From contig CP070751.1 of assembly GCA_020348445.1 (NCBI GenBank), positions 3,758,495-3,822,494 on the forward strand: DNA of 64,000 nt, given 5' to 3'. The translations under genes were made by a program, and so were the position numbers. The notes below the pieces were generated by a model. That model saw nothing but the letters and a program-made list of their open reading frames with translations, was not told where the DNA came from and searched no databases. Below are positions 39,744 to 48,555 of the stretch, in pieces. This stretch comes from Thermoplasmata archaeon (GTDB taxonomy: Archaea > Thermoplasmatota > Thermoplasmata > GCA-020350865). The number at the start of each line of letters is the position of its first letter. The first letter of the stretch is position 1.

Positions 39744-40871
39744 TCATTTTTCATTATCATCCATATTTTTATTTTTCAATGCCCTTTCTCTCTTCATATT
39801 TGCAAATTCTGAAATTTTTTCTAATTGTTCCTGGGCAAGATTATCGGATCCTCCTTGGCTTTTATCTAACTCTTCTATGAACCTGTGGCGAATTGCATCT
39901 TGATAAATCGCCTCTCCCAAATCTGTTCTGATCAATACAGTGGTCCATCCCTCAGGTGAACCCAAACCGCCAAAAGAAAGGTCTGCAAAGTCGTTTGCAA
40001 AATCTGAGCAGGCAAGACAGGCAGAGCGGGCAAATTCCTCCATTTTTTCCAAGGGAATGTGTTTTGTATCACCATTTTTTTGCTTGATTATGAAATCCTC
40101 CCTGATATTCATATTCTCGATGTCATCAAAATTCACGCCAAGGATTTTTTCCATATCTCTTTTTTTAGATACATCAAAGGAAAAATTCTCGGTGCAAAAA
40201 AGGCCGAAAACGAACTTCACTACATGGGAGGGTACAACATGCAAACTTTGCATCTTTCTCAGGGTATGTACTTGACACGGTGTGCTCACAACAACTATTT
40301 TCACCAAATCCATATTGGTAATTTCTTTTATTGCAAACATGGTTGGAGAATATGTGGAGAACCTGCTAAGCTCCTCGACACCACAAATTCCCGTGAATCT
40401 CGAGCCGGCAGCAGAGAGAACCTCTTCGTAGGAGGTGGCTATCATGGGCTCTCTGGCAAATTGCGCAGTCTTCTTGGATACCACAGCACCATCGATCATT
40501 TTTTTTTCCAATAAGAAATGTAGAATTGAAGTGACAACTCCACCATCTGTTGCATTTTTTCGAATCTCTGGGTTTGTACTTCTGGCAGATACAATATTTT
40601 TAAACCTACCAACGGGTGAAACCCAATGATAAGTGTCTTTTAGATCCTGGTCAAGAATACTAATCTGTGGGCAGATAATATAGCAGATACCACATTCAAG
40701 GCAGCTTTCTTCATCCAAATATTTTGGCCTTCCATCCTCGCCAAAACCGATGGCCATAAGCTCTCCTGCAGAGCAAAACGAGACACACCCTCCACAGGAT
40801 CCGCATAATCCAGGTTCATGAACTTCTTTGACCAGGTCCTTGAATGTCTTTGTCTCATCAATTTCGTCCAA
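39744..40871 (-). CDS. FrhB/FdhB-like flavoprotein with N-terminal 2x[4Fe-4S]
   Basis: CGSCGGCVSFC, CLECGICYIICP, TDGGVVTSIL, STPCQV, GLFCTENF, CLACSDF. Confidence 0.88.
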   Translation of the reverse strand: MDEIDETKTFKDLVKEVHEPGLCGSCGGCVSFCSAGELMAIGFGEDGRPKYLDEESCLECGICYIICPQISILDQDLKDTYHWVSPVGRFKNIVSARSTNPEIRKNATDGGVVTSILHFLLEKKMIDGAVVSKKTAQFAREPMIATSYEEVLSAAGSRFTGICGVEELSRFSTYSPTMFAIKEITNMDLVKIVVVSTPCQVHTLRKMQSLHVVPSHVVKFVFGLFCTENFSFDVSKKRDMEKILGVNFDDIENMNIREDFIIKQKNGDTKHIPLEKMEEFARSACLACSDFANDFADLSFGGLGSPEGWTTVLIRTDLGEAIYQDAIRHRFIEELDKSQGGSDNLAQEQLEKISEFANMKRERALKNKNMDDNEK

Positions 40872-41003
40872 AACCCCAATGCCCCCAATCCCAGGTATAA
40901 AATTGGAGATTAAAAAACTTATTATTATCCGAAAGCTATGAATTTTGAAAGCAAGTAATAGTTAAAATAGTTCGTAACAAATAAGAAAATATTTTAAAGG
41001 AAC

Positions 41004-41420
41004 TTATTTCGAAGATCCGAGGGGATTTGGACCAAGAGCCTTTATTTGCTCAACAAATTCGTTCATGGTCTGTGCAAACTTCTCTGCTTCAGAAGCAGAA
41101 AGCCATTCACCCCTCAATCTCCCAGAGCCCAAACCCAGCATGTCAAGTATTTGCTGTGTGGTTTCAATCCTCTCTTTTGCACGAAGATTGCCAGATATGT
41201 AATGGCAATCGTCCAACTTGCATCCAGTCACCATTACACCGTCGGCCCCGTACTCAAAGGCCTTCATAATGAATTCAGGTTCGATTCTTCCTGAGCACAT
41301 GAACCTTATGATATTGACACAGGAAGGATATTTATATCGATTGATACCTGCTAAATCAGCGGATGTGTAAGAGCACCAATTACAGGAGAATGCAATTATC
41401 TTTGGTTCGAACTCAGTCAG
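41004..41420 (-). CDS. mvhD: MvhD-type subunit, stand-alone, apparent CTG start
   Basis: SCNWCSY, MCSGR, GCKLDDCHY, EWLSASE; GGAGGTG-GGAGA-CTG ACT GAG TTC GAA CCA; gives 138 aa. Confidence 0.88.
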   Translation of the reverse strand: MTEFEPKIIAFSCNWCSYTSADLAGINRYKYPSCVNIIRFMCSGRIEPEFIMKAFEYGADGVMVTGCKLDDCHYISGNLRAKERIETTQQILDMLGLGSGRLRGEWLSASEAEKFAQTMNEFVEQIKALGPNPLGSSK

Positions 41421-41721
41421 TCTCCCACCTCCTAATCGCCGAAGGAGCATTAATATCATATGTAAAATTCGAGCAGGTGAGGGCGAGTTTCTTTTTCCCC
41501 CATGTTCCGATGAAAAACTGATGTTTTTCAAGGCCTCGGGAAATCTTTGATTTCCCAAGGTTTCTTTGCGAGCCCGAGCCATCGTGGTGGACAGAAATTG
41601 AATCTAAACACTTACTGTCCTCCACTGTGTAGTGGAAAACATATTTAGTATTAGGGGTATTGTTTTCCACGACAGCAGAGAATTTTACCTCAAAGAAAAA
41701 GGCGGGTTCGAAATCAGTCAA
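41413..41721 (-). CDS. hypothetical 102-aa protein inside the hdr operon
   Basis: TTG start after a G-rich SD; fills the gap between hdrA and mvhD and overlaps mvhD by 8 nt. Confidence 0.55.
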   Translation of the reverse strand: MTDFEPAFFFEVKFSAVVENNTPNTKYVFHYTVEDSKCLDSISVHHDGSGSQRNLGKSKISRGLEKHQFFIGTWGKKKLALTCSNFTYDINAPSAIRRWETD

Positions 41722-41748
41722 TTATGGTACCCCCTTTTTTTGAGCAGG

Positions 41749-43515
41749 TCACCCCTCCACCTCCATCTTATATTCTAAAATCGCTTTGATCATTGGAAGT
41801 ATCTGCTCTCTTTTGAAGTGGCGAATTGAAATGGCCTTGTTACAGCATCCTGCCGAGCATTTACCATCCCCTTGACAAAGAATGGGGTCCACATGGGATA
41901 CTTTTCTCCCATCCTTGACTACAATCACTGCGGCATTGAATTCGCAATTTTCTGCACATTTACCGCAGCCAACACACATTTCTTCATCAACAACTGCAAC
42001 CCCGCCTCCAATGTATGTTGAGCCCTTTTGAAGCAGTTTTATGGCATTGGATGCAGAAAGCCTGGCATCCTCGATTGAATATCTGATTCCCTTTGGTCCC
42101 TGGGCGCAGCCCGCAATGAAAATTCCCCTACGCTCTTCAGGAGTGAGCATGGGATTCATGTATTTTATAAAACCGTCTATGTCCAATGGCAGGTGTAAAG
42201 TTTCAGCCAATTTTGTGGTTGCATCTCTTGCCTCCTGACCCACAGAGAGCACGACAAGATCACTTTCGATCTCAAGGGGTGTTCCGGCATCCACATCCTC
42301 ACATCTTAGAATTACCTTGCCCTCCTTCTCGAAAATCTCTCCAACCCTTCCCCTAACGAAATTTACTCCCGCAGCTTTAGCTTCCTCATAGAATTCCTCA
42401 AAGCCCCTGTAAGGGCCCCTTAAGTCCATGTAGTGAATGTAAACTTCAGTACCAGGATAGCGTTTTTTGATTTCCATGGCCTGGCCAATTGCGTATGTGC
42501 AGCATACCAGTGAGCAGTGGGGATTTCCCTTGTTGGCATCTCTTGAGCCCACACATTGAATGAAGTTAACGGTCTTGGGTATCTTGCCGTCCGAGGGTCG
42601 GTGAAGTTTTCCCCCTTTATCTCTTTGGGCCATGATCATCCTTTCGAGTTCGATTGTGGAAATAACATTCTTGTGGTCATAGCTGTATTCCTTCAATTTT
42701 GAGGGATCGAAGATCTGGGAACCAGTAGCAATTATTATCGTGCCAACATCGATTTCCTTTTCCCCATCAGGAGTTTTTATTTTCACATGTCGGTTTCCCA
42801 AACCACCTGTGATTTCGGTAACTTCCGAGGATAGGAGGACCTCTATTTTATCATGCTGATTAACATCCTCGATCTTCGGTGTTAGGACGCAGCTTTTACA
42901 GGATTGAATGCAGCATATCCCGCAGTTGTGCGTGGGAAAAGTCATGGAGAGCTCGTATGCCCTTCCACCGAGTTTTTCAGTTTTTTCCACGAGGTACACC
43001 TGATACCCTGCGTTTGCGATATCCAAGGCGGCCTGCATTCCCGCCACACCACCACCGATCACCAATGTTGATGGAATTATGTCCACCTTTGTATCCTCAA
43101 GTGCTTCAAGAGTATTTGCTCTGGCAACTGAACCTGCGATTATGCGCTTTGCCTTTTGTGTAGCTTCGTTTTTATCCTCGTGTATCCATGCACATTGTTC
43201 TCTTATATTTGCCTGCTCATATTGATATTTGTTAAGGCCTCCTTCAACAACTCCTCCCCCGATCGTGGATTCGTAAATCTTTGGAGTACAGGCAGCAACA
43301 ACCACCGCATCAAAATTTTCTTTTTCACATTCCTCAGAAAGAAACTTCTGGCCGGAAACCGAGCATAGGGAATCATGCTTCTTTACAACTTCTACTCCCG
43401 GTAATGCCTCAGCAAATTTAATGATTTCATCAAAATCGATTTTATCTGTGATGTTATCATAACAACTGCATATAAAGAGTCCAACTTTTTTCTCTTTTTT
43501 TTGGTCCAAGACCAT
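41749..43515 (-). CDS. hdrA: single-FAD HdrA-like protein lacking the inserted ferredoxin
   Basis: VGLFICSC, AACTPK, NIREQCAW, GGGVAG, IELER, CVGSR...CSLVCC, C-terminal ferredoxin; start ATG 43515. Confidence 0.9.
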   Translation of the reverse strand: MVLDQKKEKKVGLFICSCYDNITDKIDFDEIIKFAEALPGVEVVKKHDSLCSVSGQKFLSEECEKENFDAVVVAACTPKIYESTIGGGVVEGGLNKYQYEQANIREQCAWIHEDKNEATQKAKRIIAGSVARANTLEALEDTKVDIIPSTLVIGGGVAGMQAALDIANAGYQVYLVEKTEKLGGRAYELSMTFPTHNCGICCIQSCKSCVLTPKIEDVNQHDKIEVLLSSEVTEITGGLGNRHVKIKTPDGEKEIDVGTIIIATGSQIFDPSKLKEYSYDHKNVISTIELERMIMAQRDKGGKLHRPSDGKIPKTVNFIQCVGSRDANKGNPHCSLVCCTYAIGQAMEIKKRYPGTEVYIHYMDLRGPYRGFEEFYEEAKAAGVNFVRGRVGEIFEKEGKVILRCEDVDAGTPLEIESDLVVLSVGQEARDATTKLAETLHLPLDIDGFIKYMNPMLTPEERRGIFIAGCAQGPKGIRYSIEDARLSASNAIKLLQKGSTYIGGGVAVVDEEMCVGCGKCAENCEFNAAVIVVKDGRKVSHVDPILCQGDGKCSAGCCNKAISIRHFKREQILPMIKAILEYKMEVEG

Positions 43516-43568
43516 ACACCCCTTCAGCAATCGCAGCATCTTATGGTCATATTACCAATATCACTTCT

Positions 43569-44714
43569 TTACTTTATTCTTTCTATTATAGCCGATATCA
43601 GATCACCAACAGGAATATCCACTTTCTCCTTCTCAACAGGTATCTCCTTCCATGTGGCACAAGTGAAGTGAATCACACATTTAGGACAAGTTGTAATGAG
43701 CTTATCGGCCCCTGTATTTTTCGCCTCCATTAACCGATCTATCTGCATTATCTTAGAGAGGGATTCACAGGTTGCAAAGGCATTTACTCCGCAGCATGCA
43801 CTGTTCTCCTTTATGTTCTCCATTTCAATCAATTCAAATCCCGCAGCTTCAATGAGTTCCCTGGGGCTGTCGTAGATCTCCAAATGCCTTCCAAGTCTGC
43901 ACGGGTCATGGTATGTAACTTTCTCATTTCCATCGCTTTTAAATTCCAGTTTCCCGTCATCCACCAAATCCATTAGATAATCTGTGATGTAAACCAGCTC
44001 AAAATCCAGATCACCTGCAATATCCTGATAATCGAAATCAAATGTTCTCATCCCTTCTGGGCAGGAAAAAACCACGGTCTTTGCACCAGCTTCCTTTATT
44101 GCCTTGATATTGAGATTCATTAATTTGTCAAAATTATCTTCATCCCCTGTCCAATTGAGATCGTGACCGCAGCATACCTCGTTTTTGCTCATTGCTGGTG
44201 TGATACCGGCTTTGTTCAACACCCTTACATTGTTTTTAGCAATATCAAGGATACCGGCCTTCCTTTCCTCGAAAATCTTATCTAGATGAGCCTGGCAGCC
44301 AGAGAAATAGTACACATCACCCTTTTCTGCAACCTTTAAATCATCGGTAACCCAGCTTAACCTGTTCTGTGGTAACTGGTGAGATTGGATTCTGGCAATT
44401 GTCTGCATCAATCCTCCCTGGGAGCACGTGGGCTCAAATCCGTCTAAAACAGATTCACTTCTAAGTCCTCTGATGAACTCGGTGTAATCCACTTTGTAAG
44501 GACACATCTGACTGCACATGGCACATGTAGTACAGCGCCATATGTCCATGTTCTGGGCAAGGCCCCCCTCCACACCCTCCAATGCCTTAACCACTATCAG
44601 TCTTGGAGCAAAGTTCTGGTCCAGTTTGGCAACGGGACATACAGTCGTGCATTTACCGCATTCAACACAATCATATGCTCCTGTGTCATCGATGAGATCA
44701 TCTATTGCGGACAT
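43569..44714 (-). CDS. HdrD/GlpC-like protein (4Fe-4S dicluster + two CCG domains)
   Basis: CVECGKCTTVCP, CTTCAMCSQMCP; GC...VCCG...CPEG; HDPC...ACCG...CPKC. Confidence 0.88.
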   Translation of the reverse strand: MSAIDDLIDDTGAYDCVECGKCTTVCPVAKLDQNFAPRLIVVKALEGVEGGLAQNMDIWRCTTCAMCSQMCPYKVDYTEFIRGLRSESVLDGFEPTCSQGGLMQTIARIQSHQLPQNRLSWVTDDLKVAEKGDVYYFSGCQAHLDKIFEERKAGILDIAKNNVRVLNKAGITPAMSKNEVCCGHDLNWTGDEDNFDKLMNLNIKAIKEAGAKTVVFSCPEGMRTFDFDYQDIAGDLDFELVYITDYLMDLVDDGKLEFKSDGNEKVTYHDPCRLGRHLEIYDSPRELIEAAGFELIEMENIKENSACCGVNAFATCESLSKIMQIDRLMEAKNTGADKLITTCPKCVIHFTCATWKEIPVEKEKVDIPVGDLISAIIERIK

Positions 44715-47700
44715 TCGATTTCCTCCTTCTGAGGTTTAATGGATTGTTCTATCGGATTCAATGGATTGGGCCCGAGCTCTTTGACCTTGTTTACGAACTC
44801 TGTCATGACCTCTGCAAATCTTTTTCCTTCGGATGCAGAGATCCATTCTAATCGAACACGCCTTTCATCCATACCCAACAATCCTATAAGTTCTTTTACG
44901 TTTTTGACCCTAATTTCCGCCTTCTCATTTCCTGATATATAATGGCAGTCGCCGATATGACAGCCTGCAACCAGTATACCATCCACTCCTTTATGAAGTG
45001 CTTCCATAATAAATGATGGGGAGATTCTTCCCGAGCACATCACCCTTATCACCCTGATATTTGGCGGGTACTGAAATCTGGAAACACCTGCCAAATCAGC
45101 CCCGGCATAGGCACACCAATTGCAGCAGAATGCTAGTATGAAGGGTTCAAATTCCTCCCTCAATTTATGCCCTTCAAGTGCAGAGTCTATCATGGTATGA
45201 ATCTGATCATTTTTGAAATGCTTTGTAATGATGGCGTTATTGCAGCAACTTGCAGCACATGCTCCGCAGCCCTTGCATAAAGCCTCATTGATTTTCGAAT
45301 GCTTTTTCCCTTCATCATCTGTAATGAGCTCGGGGGCGCCGAACTCACAGATATCGACGCATTCTCCACATCCTCGACATTTTGACTCGTCAACAACAGA
45401 GATTACAGCATTTGCTTCAAAGAATTTTTTAGAAAGCAAAGTTGCAGCCCTTGATACCGTCCCCTTAGCCTGTGAAATACATTCCTCCAAGAATTTTGGT
45501 GAATGCGCAAGCCCGCACAAAAAGACCCCCTCGGTTGCGAAATCCAAAGGACGTAATTTCATATGAGCCTCCAGGAAAAATCCATCCTTGGAGAGGGGAA
45601 CCTTAAGCATCTTGGCGATTTTTTCATTGTCGACACTGGGTATTGTGGCTGTGCTTAGAACCAAAAGATCTGGATTGATATCGATATTTTCACCTAGAAA
45701 ATGATCGAAAATTGATACAGAAAGCTCACCACCTGCAAGCTGAACATCGGGCTTTGAATCGTCATAGTACCTGATGAATATTATACCTGATCTTGCAGCC
45801 TCTTCATAGAAGATCTCGCGAAAGCCGTATGTTCTCATGTCCTTGTATAGGATGTATATATTTGCTTCGGGATTCAATTCCTTCAACTTCAAAGCATTTT
45901 TCACGGCCTCTGAGCAGCAGACCCTGCTGCAATATGTCCGTGTCTCATCCCTGCTTCCCACACACTGAATCATAACTACTGTCTTTGCATCCACTTGGCC
46001 TTTTCCTAATCTCTCTTCAAAATCCAGTTGGGTGATGATCCTCTCATCCTGGCCGTATAGGTACTCTTTAGGCTCGTAACTGATGCCGCCGGTAGCAACG
46101 ATAACGGCTCCATGTTCCAATGTCTTCTCCTCGCCGTTTTCAGAAATAGTGGTTTTAAAATCTCCCACACAACCCTCGATATTCTTGATTTCAGAATTTA
46201 CATACACATTTATCTTATCATTGGAATTGATCTTGTCTATGGTTTCCTTTAAAAATTCCTGAAGATTTTCTCCGGTGAGCATATAATGCAGCCGCTTGAG
46301 ATTTCCTCCAAGTTCCTTCTCTTTTTCAACGATATGAGCAGCAAATCCATGCTCAGCCAATTCCAAGACAGCCATCATACCCGATATTCCACCGCCTATG
46401 ACAAGGGCCGATTGATTTATGGGAATTTCCACTTTATACAATGGTTCAAGCAATCTCGTTTTTGAAATGGCCATTCTCACAAGGTCCTTAGCCTTCCTTG
46501 TTGCAGCCTCTGGCTCGTGCATGTGAACCCATGAGCACTGATCGCGGATATTAGCCATTTCAAAGAAGTATGGATTCAACCCCGCCTCTCTTACAGTATT
46601 CTGAAAAAGCGGTTCATGGGTTCGGGGTGTACAGCTGGCCACGACAACGCGGTTGAGATTATGCTCCTCTATTTTTGATTTGATTTTTTGCTGCGTGTCC
46701 TGTGAACATGTGTAGGGGTTACTCTCTGCATAAACAACATTAGGTAGGTTTTTAACGTACTCCACAACCTCTGGAACCTTAACTACACCACCTATGTTGA
46801 TTCCGCAGTGGCAAATGAATACTCCCAAACGGGGCTCCTCCTGGGCTACCTCTTTTTCAGGTGGATACTCCTTTACTTCAACAAGTTTGTCCCTCTCGGA
46901 CGCAATCAAGGACGAAGCACATGCAGCAGCACCGCTTGCTTGGGCCACAGTATCTGGAATATCCTTTGGAGCCGAAAATGCCCCTGAGACGAAAACCCCT
47001 TTCCTGTTTGTCTCAAGAGGTGAAGTAACACTTGTTTCGCAAAAGTTGTAATCATTTAACTCAACACCCAATTTCTCGGCGAGCTCCAAGGCAGTATCTG
47101 GTGAGTCCATGCCAACAGAAAGAACAACCAGATCGAACTCTTCTTCCTTTAACTCCCCCTCGTCAACATAATTCAATATTAAATTGTTGGTGTTTTTATC
47201 CTCTTTTACTCCCGAGACCCTGTTGTTCTTCACAAACCCGATTCCATGCTCCTCTTCTGCTCTAATGTAATAATCATCAAATTCCTTGCCAAATGCCCGC
47301 ATGTCCATAAAGAATATGGTTGATTTTAACCCAGGTGCATGCTCCTGTGCTATTACAGCCTCCTTGATTGCGAACATGCAACATACAGATGAGCAATATG
47401 GATTTCCAGACGTCCTATCTCTGGAACCAACACATTGAATAAATGCAACTTTTTTTGGAATCTCGCCGTCAGAGGGTCGCAGAACCAATCCATTGAAGGG
47501 TCCTGTGGCACTGAGCATGCGCTCCATTTCCAAACTTGAGATCACATTTGGGAATTTTCCATAACCATATTCCTTGCGTTTTGATAGAATGTCAAATTCC
47601 TTAAATCCAGGTGACATGATGATGGAGCCAACTTGTATATTGATCTCCTTTTTTTCCTGGGAATATTTTATGGCCTCTGCCTCACACTGGGTCTCGCAGA

Positions 47701-48235
47701 GCCCGCAGCCAATGCATATCTCCTGGTCAATACAATGAACAGGTGGAACAGCTTGAGGATACTTTACATGGATGGCTTTTCTTCTCTTTAGGCCCTTGTT
47801 GTACTCGTCCTTTACTTCAATGGGGCATCTTTGTGTACAAATACCGCATCCCGTACAACGACTTTCATCCACATATCTCGGCCTCTTGGTGAGGGTGACC
47901 TTGAAATTTCCTGCTCCTCCTTCTACATTCTCCAAATCTGCATTTGTGATGAGCTGGATATTGTGATGGCGTCCAGTCTCCACAAGTTTGGGAGCCATGA
48001 TGCACATTGCACAATCATTTGTAGGGAAGGTCTTATCAAGCTGGGACATTGCCCCACCGATGCTGGGGCTGTTATCGAGGACATAGACTTTGAATCCTGA
48101 ATCTGCCAGATCCAGTGCAGACTGCATGCCTGAGATTCCGCCACCTATTATGAGAATCGCGCCTACCTTTTTTGATTCAGCTTCCTTAATGACTGAAGCA
48201 GCTTCTACCTCGACCTGTCCATCCTTTGCCTCTAT
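44702..48235 (-). CDS. hdrA: two-FAD HdrA fused to C-terminal MvhD, apparent ATA start
   Basis: Track ATG 48127 lies inside the FAD motif (GGGISG-M); the frame is open upstream through KKVGAILIIGGG to ATA 48235; C-terminal CCNWC/MCSG/GCHIGDCH MvhD domain. Confidence 0.92.
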   Translation of the reverse strand: MEAKDGQVEVEAASVIKEAESKKVGAILIIGGGISGMQSALDLADSGFKVYVLDNSPSIGGAMSQLDKTFPTNDCAMCIMAPKLVETGRHHNIQLITNADLENVEGGAGNFKVTLTKRPRYVDESRCTGCGICTQRCPIEVKDEYNKGLKRRKAIHVKYPQAVPPVHCIDQEICIGCGLCETQCEAEAIKYSQEKKEINIQVGSIIMSPGFKEFDILSKRKEYGYGKFPNVISSLEMERMLSATGPFNGLVLRPSDGEIPKKVAFIQCVGSRDRTSGNPYCSSVCCMFAIKEAVIAQEHAPGLKSTIFFMDMRAFGKEFDDYYIRAEEEHGIGFVKNNRVSGVKEDKNTNNLILNYVDEGELKEEEFDLVVLSVGMDSPDTALELAEKLGVELNDYNFCETSVTSPLETNRKGVFVSGAFSAPKDIPDTVAQASGAAACASSLIASERDKLVEVKEYPPEKEVAQEEPRLGVFICHCGINIGGVVKVPEVVEYVKNLPNVVYAESNPYTCSQDTQQKIKSKIEEHNLNRVVVASCTPRTHEPLFQNTVREAGLNPYFFEMANIRDQCSWVHMHEPEAATRKAKDLVRMAISKTRLLEPLYKVEIPINQSALVIGGGISGMMAVLELAEHGFAAHIVEKEKELGGNLKRLHYMLTGENLQEFLKETIDKINSNDKINVYVNSEIKNIEGCVGDFKTTISENGEEKTLEHGAVIVATGGISYEPKEYLYGQDERIITQLDFEERLGKGQVDAKTVVMIQCVGSRDETRTYCSRVCCSEAVKNALKLKELNPEANIYILYKDMRTYGFREIFYEEAARSGIIFIRYYDDSKPDVQLAGGELSVSIFDHFLGENIDINPDLLVLSTATIPSVDNEKIAKMLKVPLSKDGFFLEAHMKLRPLDFATEGVFLCGLAHSPKFLEECISQAKGTVSRAATLLSKKFFEANAVISVVDESKCRGCGECVDICEFGAPELITDDEGKKHSKINEALCKGCGACAASCCNNAIITKHFKNDQIHTMIDSALEGHKLREEFEPFILAFCCNWCAYAGADLAGVSRFQYPPNIRVIRVMCSGRISPSFIMEALHKGVDGILVAGCHIGDCHYISGNEKAEIRVKNVKELIGLLGMDERRVRLEWISASEGKRFAEVMTEFVNKVKELGPNPLNPIEQSIKPQKEEIECPQ

Positions 48236-48555
48236 CCCACCACCCCCTTCCCTGAAAGCAATCCTCTAATGCACACCGAGAAATGACAGGCATCGCTTCT
48301 TGCCCTCTCGCAGCTGTGGCATCTTAACGTGAGAAGTAATTCTCTTGTGATTTTCTTTCTTGTCTCTTCATCTATATCGGGGAGGTTTTCCTTGCAATCC
48401 TGAATGATCTTATTTTGAACCTGAGCCCAGGCGGGTAAGGTGGAGACCTTGTATTTTTTTCTCCAAGAGTTGCGAATATTTTTGATCTTGTCCAACTCTT
48501 CTTCTTTTATTTCCTTGTCACCATTATTAATTTCCATTTTTGTTCCCCTATTCAA
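48232..48555 (-). CDS. small Cx2Cx7Cx4C protein, copy X4
   Basis: LTLRCHSCERARSDACHFSVCIRGL; TTG start. Confidence 0.9.
   Translation of the reverse strand: MNRGTKMEINNGDKEIKEEELDKIKNIRNSWRKKYKVSTLPAWAQVQNKIIQDCKENLPDIDEETRKKITRELLLTLRCHSCERARSDACHFSVCIRGLLSGKGVVG

Noticed and set aside
41421-41582. 54-aa N-terminal extension on MvhD given by the ORF track
   Set aside because: Unrelated to any paralog, overlaps the 41413-41721 ORF, and a strong SD sits directly before CTG 41420.
20200-48235. HdrA copies as a collapsed or duplicated assembly artefact
   Set aside because: Aligned stretches (e.g. ~25760-25860 vs ~29850-29950) differ at many third-codon positions and the proteins differ throughout; no long identical repeats were seen.
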